Below are positions 47,978-58,072 of a DNA stretch of 64,000 nucleotides, one piece after another. The stretch is from the NCBI GenBank assembly GCA_002328075.1, contig DCVT01000022.1, forward strand, positions 77,622-141,621, given 5' to 3'. Each line of letters opens with the position of its first letter. Positions within the stretch are counted from its first letter, which is position 1. The stretch comes from Anaerolineales bacterium UBA2181 (GTDB taxonomy: Bacteria; Chloroflexota; Anaerolineae; Promineifilales; UBA4811). The position numbers and the translations under genes were made by a program. Under the pieces are notes generated by a model. The model saw nothing but the letters and a program-made list of their open reading frames with translations. It did not search any database and had not been told where the DNA came from.

Positions 47978-49981
47978 TTACCGCGGATTCTGGGGCCGGG
48001 ATATCTGCATGTGCCGGAGGAACCAGTCGACCTGCCGGGTGGTCGAATCTACCACTTCCGGAAAACTCCGGGCGCCGTGGACCGCGTGGGGGTAGAGTGC
48101 CAAGACCGATTCGGCGCCGCTCTCAATCAGTGCCCGGTGAAACGCCAGCGCCTGGCTTGGCGGCGTGTTCTGATCCATCTCGCCCGCCAAGATCAGCGTT
48201 GGGGTCCGCACTCGCCCGGCAAACATGACCGGCGACCGTTGATAGTACAGCCCGCCAGCGGCCGAGGGGTCATCCTCCAGGAACAGCGCGTCAAAGTCCG
48301 GTATCTGGCTGGTAAAGTGCTGGCTGCACCAATCGGTCACCGGCGAGATCGGAACCGCAGCCGCAAAGCGCGAATCCTGGGTGATGAGCCAACAGGACAT
48401 GTAACCACCGTAACTGACGCCGGTGACGCCGAGTTGGTCCCGATGGGCAATGCCCTGCTGCACCAGTGCGTCCAGGCCGGAGAGGTAGTCATGAACGTCG
48501 GCGCCACCCATATCGCCCCGCACCAATCGGGCAAAGTCCTGCCCCCGGCCGGTGCTGCCGCGCGGGTTGGGGAGGAACAGCGCACAACCGCGGCTGACCA
48601 ACGGCTGGGCGTTGACGAGGCGAGCATAGTAGCGGTTCCGATTGGCCCACACCGGCCCGCCGTGGATCACGGTCACCAGGGGAAACGGTCTCTCACCGTC
48701 CGGGGTCACCAGCCAGCCATGGATCTCTAGCCCATCCGGCGCGGTCCAGTGTGCCGGATGCATGTGGCCGGCCCGGGCTGCTTCTTCCGCGGCCCCCGGG
48801 TGCCCCAACGAGAGGACTGTCTCGCAGCGGTTGTCACGGACGACGACCACCTCGGGCGGGCGCAGGTGCCCTTCGACCATCATTAAGCAATCAGACTCGC
48901 CGATGGGTGAGACGGTTGGATACCAGGCACCACTGGTCAGCTCTGTGCTGGACCAATACTCAACTGCAGCATCCCGACGCAGGTCATATTCGCCCACCAC
49001 CGTCTCCCAGTCTCGGTGTCCGGCGTACAGCAGGCGGTCGTCGTCACGCCACGTGACCCAGGAGACGTCCACTCCGCGAGTGTCCAGGGCCCTTGCTGTG
49101 CCGGTGGCTGGATCCAAGAGCAGGACCGTGCCGCAGACCAGGTACCGGTCACTGCTGACCGCCTCCACGACCGCCAGCTGTCGTCCCGAGGGGTTGGCAG
49201 CCGGCCAACCGAGCTGGTCCGCCGGCCGGTACAGGATCTTTTCGCGGCCGGTATCCAGATCGATGAGCGCCAGCCTAGCGCGATACCAACTGCCCTCGCC
49301 GTGGCTGTCAGACACAATGGCTGCCACCGCGCCGTCGCCACACCAGGTCGATTCCCAGACATTGAGCCCGGGCCGCGACAGGACCTGCGACCCGCCGCCC
49401 GCCAAGTCATGGACCCAAATCCGCCGCCACAGGTTCTCAGCATCGCCCGTGTGCATGGTGGGAACCCAGGACGGCAATGGTTCGGCGGCCTCGGCCGTGC
49501 GGCCGCCGCCCTGGATTCCAGCCAGGTCTGCTCCCAGGCCGGCGACCCCCACCAGGATTTGCCGGCCACTCGGAGACCAGGCCAGGTACTCGGCGGTCCC
49601 ATCCAACCGGGGCGTCGCCACGACCTCTCGCAAACGGTCGGTCCGCAGCAGGAAGAGTTGGCAACGACCCCGTTGGGCCCGGTCGGAGAGAAAGGCCAGG
49701 TATCCGCCATCCGGCGACCACCGAGGCAGCCGGTCGTTGTGTGGGCCAGCAGTGATGATCTCCATATGGCCGGTGTCCAGGTCGGCCAGGCACACTCGCG
49801 AAGCCATCGGCCCCTCGATGGACTCCAGCCGAAAACCCGTAAAGGTCGCCAGCCGGCCACCGGGAGCCGCCGTCAGGTCGGCGCCGTCAACGATCAGACC
49901 GGAACCCGGCCGGTAGAGGTTGGTGAAATGAGCCTCGATCTCCCGGTAAAGCGGGGTGCGGCGAATGTCGCGGTTGAACAT
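47978..49981 (-). CDS. S9 family (acylaminoacyl/prolyl oligopeptidase) hydrolase
   Basis: Beta-propeller repeats (WSPDG), IHGGP, NPRGSTG.G, nucleophile GVSYGG, catalytic Asp and His; ATG 49981 follows AGGAGA. Confidence 0.9.
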   Translation of the reverse strand: MFNRDIRRTPLYREIEAHFTNLYRPGSGLIVDGADLTAAPGGRLATFTGFRLESIEGPMASRVCLADLDTGHMEIITAGPHNDRLPRWSPDGGYLAFLSDRAQRGRCQLFLLRTDRLREVVATPRLDGTAEYLAWSPSGRQILVGVAGLGADLAGIQGGGRTAEAAEPLPSWVPTMHTGDAENLWRRIWVHDLAGGGSQVLSRPGLNVWESTWCGDGAVAAIVSDSHGEGSWYRARLALIDLDTGREKILYRPADQLGWPAANPSGRQLAVVEAVSSDRYLVCGTVLLLDPATGTARALDTRGVDVSWVTWRDDDRLLYAGHRDWETVVGEYDLRRDAAVEYWSSTELTSGAWYPTVSPIGESDCLMMVEGHLRPPEVVVVRDNRCETVLSLGHPGAAEEAARAGHMHPAHWTAPDGLEIHGWLVTPDGERPFPLVTVIHGGPVWANRNRYYARLVNAQPLVSRGCALFLPNPRGSTGRGQDFARLVRGDMGGADVHDYLSGLDALVQQGIAHRDQLGVTGVSYGGYMSCWLITQDSRFAAAVPISPVTDWCSQHFTSQIPDFDALFLEDDPSAAGGLYYQRSPVMFAGRVRTPTLILAGEMDQNTPPSQALAFHRALIESGAESVLALYPHAVHGARSFPEVVDSTTRQVDWFLRHMQISRPQNPR

Positions 49982-50010
49982 CCATTGATCTCCTGACTGG
50001 TGACGCTGCG

Positions 50011-50937
50011 CTAGCGGTCCAGCACGCGTGGATCCAGTGCATCTCGCATCCCGTCGCCGATAAAGTTGAGCGCGAGCACCGCGCTCAACATGGCCAGGCC
50101 GGGAAAGGCAGTAAGCCACCAGCTGTAAAATTTGAAACGCCCGGAGGATATCATGGCGCCCCATTCGGCCGTCGGAGGCACGACGCCCAGACCGATGAAA
50201 CTGAGCGCGGCGATGAACAGAATAATGTTCCCCATGTCCAGCGACGCCTTGACCAGGCTGGCCGACACTACGTTGGGCAGAACGTGACGGAAGAGGATTC
50301 GGCCGCTGTCCACGCCCAAACACTGAGCAGCCATCACGTACTCGCGGCGCTTGACAGAAAGCACCTGACCTCGAATCAGACGGGCGTACTCGGGCCACCA
50401 GACCAGGATCAGGGCGATGATGGCGTTTTGCAGGCTGGGTCCGAGCACGGCCGCAATGGCCAACGCCAGCACGATGGGAGGAAAGGACATGGTGACGTCC
50501 GCCACGCGCATGACCACCAGGTCAAAGATTCCCCCCAGGTAGCCGGCCAGGGCGCCGATGAGCGAGCCAAAGACAAATTCCACCATGACCACTATCAGCC
50601 CGGCAGGAATCGAGATGCGAGCCCCATAGACGACACGACTGAAGACGTCGCGCCCCAGCTCGTCAGTGCCAAAGAGGTGCTCGCCTGAAGGAGGCAGGAG
50701 TCGACTTTCGATTTGCTGATACTGGGGGTCATACGGGGCGATGAGCGGCGCTCCCAGCGCAATTACACACCATAACAGCATGATGACTCCGCCGACCTCG
50801 GCCATTCGGTTGCGAAGTAGCGATCCCAGCGCCCGCCGCCACGGCGTGTCAGCTGCCCCAGAACGAATCCTGGGCCAACTCCTGCTGCTGGTGGCAGTCT
50901 GTTCGGGCGTCCGCGAATCCGCTTGGCTGTCACTCAT
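50011..50937 (-). CDS. Peptide/nickel ABC transporter permease (DppC-like)
   Basis: HLFGTDELGRD.FSR, EYV.AA...G and RHVLPN motifs. Confidence 0.93.
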   Translation of the reverse strand: MSDSQADSRTPEQTATSSRSWPRIRSGAADTPWRRALGSLLRNRMAEVGGVIMLLWCVIALGAPLIAPYDPQYQQIESRLLPPSGEHLFGTDELGRDVFSRVVYGARISIPAGLIVVMVEFVFGSLIGALAGYLGGIFDLVVMRVADVTMSFPPIVLALAIAAVLGPSLQNAIIALILVWWPEYARLIRGQVLSVKRREYVMAAQCLGVDSGRILFRHVLPNVVSASLVKASLDMGNIILFIAALSFIGLGVVPPTAEWGAMISSGRFKFYSWWLTAFPGLAMLSAVLALNFIGDGMRDALDPRVLDR

Positions 50938-50940
50938 TCG

Positions 50941-51960
50941 CTACACCTCGACGATGCGGGGGTCAATGACCGCGTAGAGGATATCCACCAACAGACTGCT
51001 CAACATAAAGACTACAGCTATTACCAGCGCTGTGCCCATGAGCGCAGGGATATCCAGCGTCCGGGCAGCATCCACCGCATACTTGCCGATGCCGGGCCAG
51101 GCAAAGATGGTCTCGGTCATGATGGAGCCGGCCAACAGCCAGGAGACCTCTAACCCAAGGATGGTCACAGTGGGGATGAGGGCATTGCGCAGCGCATGGA
51201 CCACGATCACCTGCCGAGCGTATAGCCCCTTGGCGTGGGCGGTCCGTATATAATCCATGCCCAAGACTTCCAGCAGTGATGCGCGGGTGATGCGGGCAAT
51301 CAGCGCCAGCGAAAACCAGCCCAGGATGACCGCCGGAAGGACCAAGTGCGAGAGGGCGCTTGAAAGGGCAGCGCCGTTCCGGGCCAGCAGCGAATCCACC
51401 ACCAGCAACCCGGTCGTGGTCTCGGGCATGACCATGCGCGAACTGATTCGGCCGGGCCCGGGAAGCACCTGCAGGCGAAAGTAGAACACGTACAACGCCA
51501 TCAGGCCCGACCAGAAGGGCGGCATGGAGGCACCCAGCAGCGAGATCACGCGCGCCAGGTGATCCACCCACCGACCGGAATAAAGAGCAGCCAGAATGCC
51601 CAACGGAAGGCCGGCCAGCAGGGCAAACGCCAGCGCCGAAAAAGCCAACTCGATGGTGGCGGGCAGATACTCGCGCAGATCCTGCGCCACCGGCCGTTTG
51701 CTCCTGAACGACACGCCCAGGTCTCCACGTGCCAGGTTCAACACGTAGCGCAGGTACTGCTCCGGCAGGGAACTATCCAACCCCCACTTGTCGATGGCGG
51801 CCTGTCGTTGCTCGGGGTTGCTCATTGCCTTCTGATCCAGGATCACCGCCAGCGGGTCGGCCGGAACCAGATGACTGACCACAAAGATGGCCAGCGTCAC
51901 CCCGATGAGCATGGGAAAGATGAGCAACAGACGTCGAACAATGTGGGAGGCAATTCCCAT
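50941..51960 (-). CDS. Peptide/nickel ABC transporter permease (DppB-like)
   Basis: GDLG.S, PATIEL, DYIRTA.AKGL, HALRNAL and DPRI motifs. Confidence 0.93.
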   Translation of the reverse strand: MGIASHIVRRLLLIFPMLIGVTLAIFVVSHLVPADPLAVILDQKAMSNPEQRQAAIDKWGLDSSLPEQYLRYVLNLARGDLGVSFRSKRPVAQDLREYLPATIELAFSALAFALLAGLPLGILAALYSGRWVDHLARVISLLGASMPPFWSGLMALYVFYFRLQVLPGPGRISSRMVMPETTTGLLVVDSLLARNGAALSSALSHLVLPAVILGWFSLALIARITRASLLEVLGMDYIRTAHAKGLYARQVIVVHALRNALIPTVTILGLEVSWLLAGSIMTETIFAWPGIGKYAVDAARTLDIPALMGTALVIAVVFMLSSLLVDILYAVIDPRIVEV

Positions 51961-52098
51961 CCGAACTCCAGTCTAGGCTGGTCCAATCTACATCGCTTGG
52001 TCCGGCGCTTGATGTACCGCGAAAGCCATCCACGATTGCGTTGGCCGAATCGCGGCGCCCTTGGTTTCCGTGACAGGTTCTCTCCCCCGGGTTGCAGA

Positions 52099-52138
52099 GC
52101 GTGGGCTCCGACCAACCGCGCTGGTCGCAAGCCCACGC
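52099..52138. other. Intergenic stem-loop after the substrate-binding gene (possible mRNA stabiliser)
   Basis: GCGTGGGCT..CGACCA/TGGTCG..AGCCCACGC inverted repeat with no U-tract. Confidence 0.45.
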
Positions 52139-52197
52139 CCGCATTTCGGGGCGAACCGGGGTCGTTCAGCTCCAGGAGGGCTGCCCGACCCGGTCTG

Positions 52198-53850
52198 TTA
52201 CCGTCCTAACTGTCCCCACTCGGTGTACACCACCGGGATGTACCCGAATCCAGTCACTTCCTTGCGCATCGCTATTAGCTCGTTAGCCTGGTACAGCGTG
52301 GTGCCATACGCAAAGTCCAGCATGATGGCCTGCCAGTCCTTGACGGCTTGCAGCCGTTCGGCCGAGTCGAGCCCGTGCGAGATGATATCGGTGGCTGCCT
52401 CCAACTCGGGTGGCACCTCGCAGCGCATGTTGGCGCCCCAGTCGTGGCTGGCATAACCCCAGTAATCGGTGTAGATGGTATAGTCGATGTAATCCGGATA
52501 CCAGTTCCCAATGACCCACGGGGCGGTATGCTCACCCCAGGTCATCGACACCAGGACGCTATAGTCGGTGGGCTGGAGTTCCACGTTGATGCCCACCTCT
52601 GCCAGGTCGTTCTTGATCTTGGCGCCAACCAGGTCAAACAGCGGGCGGGCCGGATAGTAGAACTTTTCGGTAAAGCCGTTCTCGTACCCAGCCTCCTTGA
52701 GCAGCGCCTTGGCGCGCTCCACGTCCCGCGGCTGGATCATCGATTCCTCCACGCCAGCCAGGCCCAACGGCAGAATTGATGGCGGTTTCAGGGCATACCC
52801 GCGCAAGCCGCTTTGGATGAGACCGTCCCGGTCCAATGCCAGCAGGATGGCCTGGCGCACGCGCACATCGGAGAGCGGCACTGAAAGCGTTGGATCGCAG
52901 GTCATGTTCATGTAGGTGATGTCGAGCGTCTCAAGCACGTCGACCTGCAGGTTGGGATCGGCTTTGGCCTCCTCCACCAGGTCCGGATCCAGCCGCGGCA
53001 ACAGGTCCAGGTCGCCACGCTGGAGCATCTGAAGGGCGGTCGTGGGGTCCTCCACATGTTTGAGGATGATACGGTCCGCCTTTGCTTTTTCTCCCCAATA
53101 GGTCGGGTTCGCTTCCAGGACAACCTCGCTCTTGGGAGTAAAGCTGGTGAGGATGAACGGCCCGCTGCCGGCAGAATTCTGATCCAGCCATGGGGTCGCG
53201 GTGTCCGTGGTTGCGGAATCCTCGTCGGCCGATCCGCCGTGTTCCTGGACCACCTTGCTGTCCATGATCCCGAGATAGGGTGCGGTAGCCACCATGATGA
53301 ATCCCGGTGAGGGGTCGTGCAGAATTACGTTGACCGTCAGGTCGTCCATCACCTGGACATCAGCCACCCAGCCCATGAACCAGGAAGGCGGCCCTTGTTT
53401 GTTCTTGAGCCGCATCCAGGAAAAGCGGACGTCCTCGGCGGTCAACGGGTTGCCTGAGCTGAACGTAACCCCGGGACGCAGGTGAAAGGTGTAGGTGAGG
53501 CCATCGGCCGAGATGTCCCAGCTTTCGGCCAACCAGGGAACCGGGGTGCTGAAATCCTGGGCCGTGATCTTGACCAGCGGTTCATAGGCGGCATAGTCGG
53601 CCATGGCGCCCGCCAGTTCAAACATCTGGTGCGGATCCATGCTGGAAGACGCCTGAATGTCAAACCCGACAATCAGGGTCACAGGTTCGGCCGGCGGCGG
53701 CGGAACCGGCGTGTCGGCCGGCGGAACCGGGGTGTCAGCCGGCGCTGCTGGCGGTTGAGTCGGTTCGGCTGTGCCGCCGCAGGCTGCCAGGACGGCAGAC
53801 AGAGTCACCGCCAACAACAGAACGAAAAACAGGTGAACAGTCTTCTTCAT
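52198..53850 (-). CDS. Family 5 (DppA-like) ABC substrate-binding lipoprotein
   Basis: Lipobox VLAAC, LAESW..S.DG.TYTF.LR.GV.F..G, GSGPF and VRQAI motifs. Confidence 0.93.
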   Translation of the reverse strand: MKKTVHLFFVLLLAVTLSAVLAACGGTAEPTQPPAAPADTPVPPADTPVPPPPAEPVTLIVGFDIQASSSMDPHQMFELAGAMADYAAYEPLVKITAQDFSTPVPWLAESWDISADGLTYTFHLRPGVTFSSGNPLTAEDVRFSWMRLKNKQGPPSWFMGWVADVQVMDDLTVNVILHDPSPGFIMVATAPYLGIMDSKVVQEHGGSADEDSATTDTATPWLDQNSAGSGPFILTSFTPKSEVVLEANPTYWGEKAKADRIILKHVEDPTTALQMLQRGDLDLLPRLDPDLVEEAKADPNLQVDVLETLDITYMNMTCDPTLSVPLSDVRVRQAILLALDRDGLIQSGLRGYALKPPSILPLGLAGVEESMIQPRDVERAKALLKEAGYENGFTEKFYYPARPLFDLVGAKIKNDLAEVGINVELQPTDYSVLVSMTWGEHTAPWVIGNWYPDYIDYTIYTDYWGYASHDWGANMRCEVPPELEAATDIISHGLDSAERLQAVKDWQAIMLDFAYGTTLYQANELIAMRKEVTGFGYIPVVYTEWGQLGR

Positions 53851-54055
53851 GCGTAACCTCCTATGACAATCTTGAGCAAAGCCAGCCCATCACTCCAATC
53901 CATCACGCAATTCACTTGACGCCTGCCGGCTGGAGCAGGCGGGACCCCAAAAATACAGTCGCCCGGTGCGACCCATGATAGGTTCGCCGCTGGCTGATAC
54001 CGAGTCGCCCGGCAGCCTCCTCGTGGGTCGCCGCGGTCGCAGGTCTGTGAACCCA

Positions 54056-55345
54056 TCAGGCGACCTCTGCCTGCAGCCCGCGCACCACATCAGACAAGAT
54101 GGTCATGCCGGCGCGGGCCTGCTCCATGGACACGATGAGCGGTGGAATGACCCGCAGCACATTGGCATATAGGCCACCGCCGATGACCAGCAGTCCGCGG
54201 TCGATACACCGGCCGGTCACGGCCTTGAGCATGCCAGGATCCGGCCGGCCGTCGGGCTGGACAAACTCGGCCGCCAGCATCAACCCGCGTCCCCGCACAT
54301 CGCCAATGATGGGTGCCTCAGCCATCAGCGTGTCCAGTTCGTGGTGCAGGTATTCGCCTACCAGCGCCGCCTGACGCACCAGCTTTTCTTGCTCCAGGAC
54401 CTCCAGGGTCGCCAAGGCGGCTGCGCACGACACTGGGTTTCCGCCGAAGGTCGATCCATGCGCTCCGGGTTCCCATCTGGCCATGACCTCCGGCCGGGCC
54501 AACACCGCCCCCAAAGGAAAACCCGAAGCCAGGCCCTTGGCCAGGGTCATGACGTCGGGCGTGAAACCGGGGACGTGCTGCCAGGCAAACATCCGGCCGG
54601 TGCGTCCCATGCCGCTCTGGATCTCATCCACCATGAGCAAGATCCCATATCGGTCGCACAGCGCCCGCAACCGGGTGAGAAAATCGTCCGGTGCCACGTG
54701 ATAACCCGCCTCTCCTAGGATCGGCTCGATGAGAATCGCCGCGGTTTCGTCGGGACTCACCACCGTCTCCAAAAGCCGTTCCAGCGCCTGGAAACACTCC
54801 AGATGGCAGGATTCACGCCGCTGGCCGTACGAGCAGCGAAAGCACCAGGGATACGGGACATGGTAGACAGCCGGCAACAGCGGTTCGTAGCGCCGGCGCA
54901 GTGCGGATTTGGCAGTCACCGAAGCGGCACCAAGCGTTCGGCCATGAAAGGCACCCTGGAAGGCGATGATGCCCGGCCGCTGAGTGCTGTACCGGGCCAA
55001 CTTGAGCGCCGCTTCTATCGCCTCCGCGCCGCTGTTGCCGAAAAATGCCATCCCCAACGGCGGGACCAGCTCTGCAAGTTTCTCCGCTAATTGGACGTAG
55101 GTTGGGTACCAGCTCACGTGGATGCAGGCGTGAATCAGTTGGTCAATCTGTCGGTGAGCAGCTTCGACTACCTTGGGGTGGCAGTGGCCGGTGTTGGCGG
55201 TGGCAATTCCGGCGCTGAAATCCAAGAGCTCTCGGCCGTCAGCCAAGGTGAGATAGACGCCCCGCCCGGAGACGACCTCAGTGTCGCTCCACCGCGGCAG
55301 AGCTGGCGTCACCACGGCGCGGCTTCGTTCGTGCAAGGACCTCAT
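54056..55345 (-). CDS. Class III PLP aminotransferase (GabT/4-aminobutyrate transaminase-like)
   Basis: SGAEAIE.A.K, FHGRT, DEIQSG.GRTG, TLAKG (PLP Lys) and HGSTFGGNP motifs. Confidence 0.92.
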   Translation of the reverse strand: MRSLHERSRAVVTPALPRWSDTEVVSGRGVYLTLADGRELLDFSAGIATANTGHCHPKVVEAAHRQIDQLIHACIHVSWYPTYVQLAEKLAELVPPLGMAFFGNSGAEAIEAALKLARYSTQRPGIIAFQGAFHGRTLGAASVTAKSALRRRYEPLLPAVYHVPYPWCFRCSYGQRRESCHLECFQALERLLETVVSPDETAAILIEPILGEAGYHVAPDDFLTRLRALCDRYGILLMVDEIQSGMGRTGRMFAWQHVPGFTPDVMTLAKGLASGFPLGAVLARPEVMARWEPGAHGSTFGGNPVSCAAALATLEVLEQEKLVRQAALVGEYLHHELDTLMAEAPIIGDVRGRGLMLAAEFVQPDGRPDPGMLKAVTGRCIDRGLLVIGGGLYANVLRVIPPLIVSMEQARAGMTILSDVVRGLQAEVA

Positions 55346-56049
55346 GGCATTCGCCTCCTTAACTTTGTGACCTGACCAACAACGGCTGCAGTATCATCCG
55401 GAGCGCCGGGTACCGGACCGTGGAATCGAGGGGCTGCTTCCTGCGGAAACACCGAACCCCGGCCCGTTTCGCCGTTGTGACCCTCAGGCCCGCCCTTGAC
55501 GAGGTGCGGCACGGTGCTCCGCGCTTCAGTCGCCGGCGCCGATGCCGCTGCGCCAGAGATGACTTGGCCTGGCACATGCCAGTCGTAGGTGAACTTGCGC
55601 GTATCCGGCAACAGATACGTCCGAGTGCGCGTGACGCCCGGCAGCGATTGCACCGCATCGTACACGTAGGAATACAATTCCTGAACGGTTCGGGTCACTA
55701 TTTGTATGCTGATGTCCCGATCACCTGTGTAGGCTACGTAGCGCACCAACTCCAGCCGCGCCAGCTCATCCAGCACCTGAGGGGTACGGCTGGGTTCGGT
55801 TTCCACCAACACGTCTGCCATGACCACGAATCCCAAGGGTTTGGGGTGCACAATGGCCACAATGCTGATGGCGCCCGCCTCCTGGAGCCGGTTGATGCGG
55901 TAGCGCACCACCCCCGGGGAGACACCTGGCAGATGCTCAGCGATGTCGGCTGCCGCCATGCGGCCATCCTGTTGGAGAAACCCGATGATCGCCGCGTCAA
56001 TGGGGTCCAATCGGGGGCCGGCCGACCGGTTGCGCGGGGGGTTAGTCAC
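55342..56049 (-). CDS. Lrp/AsnC family regulator with a long C-terminal extension
   Basis: D..I...LQ.DGR HTH, TGDRDI and GV..TRT motifs. Confidence 0.88.
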   Translation of the reverse strand: MTNPPRNRSAGPRLDPIDAAIIGFLQQDGRMAAADIAEHLPGVSPGVVRYRINRLQEAGAISIVAIVHPKPLGFVVMADVLVETEPSRTPQVLDELARLELVRYVAYTGDRDISIQIVTRTVQELYSYVYDAVQSLPGVTRTRTYLLPDTRKFTYDWHVPGQVISGAAASAPATEARSTVPHLVKGGPEGHNGETGRGSVFPQEAAPRFHGPVPGAPDDTAAVVGQVTKLRRRMP

Positions 56050-56056
56050 TTTTCTC

Positions 56057-57541
56057 TTACCCTTCCGGACCCATCGGTCCGACTCGCTCGATCACGGACC
56101 TGCTGTCGGCTGTCTGGACAATCAGGCTCAGTTGGGTGGCGGCGGCCGCGTTCAGCGGTACGGGCTGGTGGGTAGCCAGCAAATCGGCGACCCGCCGTTT
56201 TGCCCGCTGCCCCAGGTCGAGGGAGCCGCGAGACTCCCACCCCTCCAGGTTGTCGCGGTCCATCAGCATGGGCCGCCAGTTTTCCCGGCAGTGGCGCACG
56301 GTGTGCTTCTCGGCCAGGAAGTGACCTCCCGGGCCCACCCGTTCGATGAGGTCCAGCGCCAGCGTCTCTTCCGAAACCTCCATGCCTCCCACCAGGCGCT
56401 TGACCAGCCCAATGACCTCGTCCATGGCCAGCAGCATCTCATAGGAGGTGGTGAGGCCGGATTCCAGGTATCCCACGTCGTGGATCAGATTGCCGCCTGC
56501 CAACGCTGCCACCAGTGTCCACAGGGCTCCCTCAATGCCGGCCTGCTGGTCAAACGTCTTGGCATCCGATACGCCTGCGAACCCAAAAACCGGCAGGTCG
56601 TAGTGATGACCCATCTCGCACAGGGCAGACCAATCCAGCATGAACTCGGGTGCGCCATAAGTACCTACGGTGGTAGACATGTCCATGGTCATCATGCCGC
56701 CTGCCCCGGCCACCACAGGCGTGCCTTCGCGGATCAACTGGCAGATCAGCAGACCGCTCAGTAGTTCGGCGTTGGCCTGCACCACTGCGCCGGCGCGGGT
56801 GGTGGGCGATGATGCGCCGGTGATCAGCCCCGGCGTGTACACCACCGGCAGGCCTTTGCGGCAGATGTAGAGCAGCTTTTCGCAGCTCTCTACGGCGTGG
56901 GTGAGCGGCGCGATGGGTTCGGCATACAGGGCACAGAACGGATTGAGTTGCAACGCAGCTTCGCCACCAGTGACGGACTCGGCCATCTGGATGATGTCCT
57001 CCAGGTTCTGACGGTTCCAGGCTGTGTAGACGACGGGCTTGGTCGTGTTGGCTACCATGGCCTCAAAGTGGTAGAGATCCGAGATCGCCGGATTGACATC
57101 GGTGGCAATGCCCATACACATAATAAAGTCAATGTTCTTCAGTGCATCCACCAGACGGGAGACGTTGACAATGTCCGCCAATACTGCTCGGCGGCGCTCG
57201 CCGGTGTGGGGGTCAAGGATAAAAGGTGTATCCGAGCCGGTGCCAAAATAGCTCTTGCGACCCTCCAGGTACATGGCTGGTGCGCCACGGCGGTCGCAGA
57301 GCACCACCCGCGGCGGCGCAACACGGACGGCCCAGTCCAACAGGTGGGCCGGCATTCGCACCCGGTCGTCGGTCACCGAGCACCCGGCATCGGATAGGAT
57401 GGAGCGAACCTCGGCCGAGAGGACCCTGACGCCCGTGCGCCGTAGCACTTCCAGGGTGGCACGGTGTATTTCGGCCTTTTGATCCTCGGTCAGGATTGAC
57501 ATACCGAGCGTTTTGTGGAGTAATTGATCACTGTGAATCAC
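56057..57541 (-). CDS. Non-pyrrolysine MttB-superfamily methyltransferase
   Basis: IH.ATLEVL..TGV, P.T.AG..Q..AE.L.G, SDAK..D.QAG and HDVGYLESGL motifs; no in-frame TAG; GTG 57541 follows GAGGAG. Confidence 0.92.
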   Translation of the reverse strand: MIHSDQLLHKTLGMSILTEDQKAEIHRATLEVLRRTGVRVLSAEVRSILSDAGCSVTDDRVRMPAHLLDWAVRVAPPRVVLCDRRGAPAMYLEGRKSYFGTGSDTPFILDPHTGERRRAVLADIVNVSRLVDALKNIDFIMCMGIATDVNPAISDLYHFEAMVANTTKPVVYTAWNRQNLEDIIQMAESVTGGEAALQLNPFCALYAEPIAPLTHAVESCEKLLYICRKGLPVVYTPGLITGASSPTTRAGAVVQANAELLSGLLICQLIREGTPVVAGAGGMMTMDMSTTVGTYGAPEFMLDWSALCEMGHHYDLPVFGFAGVSDAKTFDQQAGIEGALWTLVAALAGGNLIHDVGYLESGLTTSYEMLLAMDEVIGLVKRLVGGMEVSEETLALDLIERVGPGGHFLAEKHTVRHCRENWRPMLMDRDNLEGWESRGSLDLGQRAKRRVADLLATHQPVPLNAAAATQLSLIVQTADSRSVIERVGPMGPEG

Positions 57542-57734
57542 CTGGCTCAGTCTCCTCTCCTTCAAGAGCATTCGCTATGCTGTACGTCATCGGTATAGCA
57601 CCCTTTAACCAGCGTCACGCCGGACCCCAGACGTGGGGCCATCCGCGCGTCTATTTGCACATCGTGGGGTTCTCTTCAGACAGGCGCTTGCTTGACCTCA
57701 GATGCTGTCCTCGGCGCGCTTGATCGCACATCAA

Positions 57735-57764
57735 AGTATACGCCCATTATTGTAGTAAAGTCAA
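57735..57764 (-). promoter_or_regulatory. Promoter of the mttB cluster, within the most AT-rich patch noticed (about 57730-57820)
   Basis: Minus strand TTGACT-18 bp-TATACT. The adjacent AT-rich tract is consistent with Lrp-type binding (inference). Confidence 0.6.
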
Positions 57765-58072
57765 CTAATCCGGCCTAATATATTGTTTTCTTACAATCTG
57801 ACATGTTGTGATGTAGTTTTCGTCGAAATCGTTGCTTGGGGCCCACACGAGCGAGGTTGGCCGCAACCAGGACGATTGGCAACTAGACGCCCGCGGCTTG
57901 CCCTCAATCTACATGATTCCTCCACAATGGTCTGACAACTTTTCCACGAGTCTCCGGTACCATCCATACAGGTGGCTGCCCCACACCGGCGGTGTGCGGG
58001 CGACAGCCGCTCCAACTGAGTGGTCTGACGGCGGCCGCGGCGATCGCTCTCCGTTAAAGGAGGAATGAAGCG

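Noticed and set aside
53699-53740. 21-nt tandem repeat
   Set aside because: It encodes the PADTPVP linker of the binding protein and is not a CRISPR or mobile repeat.
56057-57541. Pyrrolysine-containing trimethylamine methyltransferase
   Set aside because: No in-frame TAG, Val at the equivalent site, and no pyl genes.
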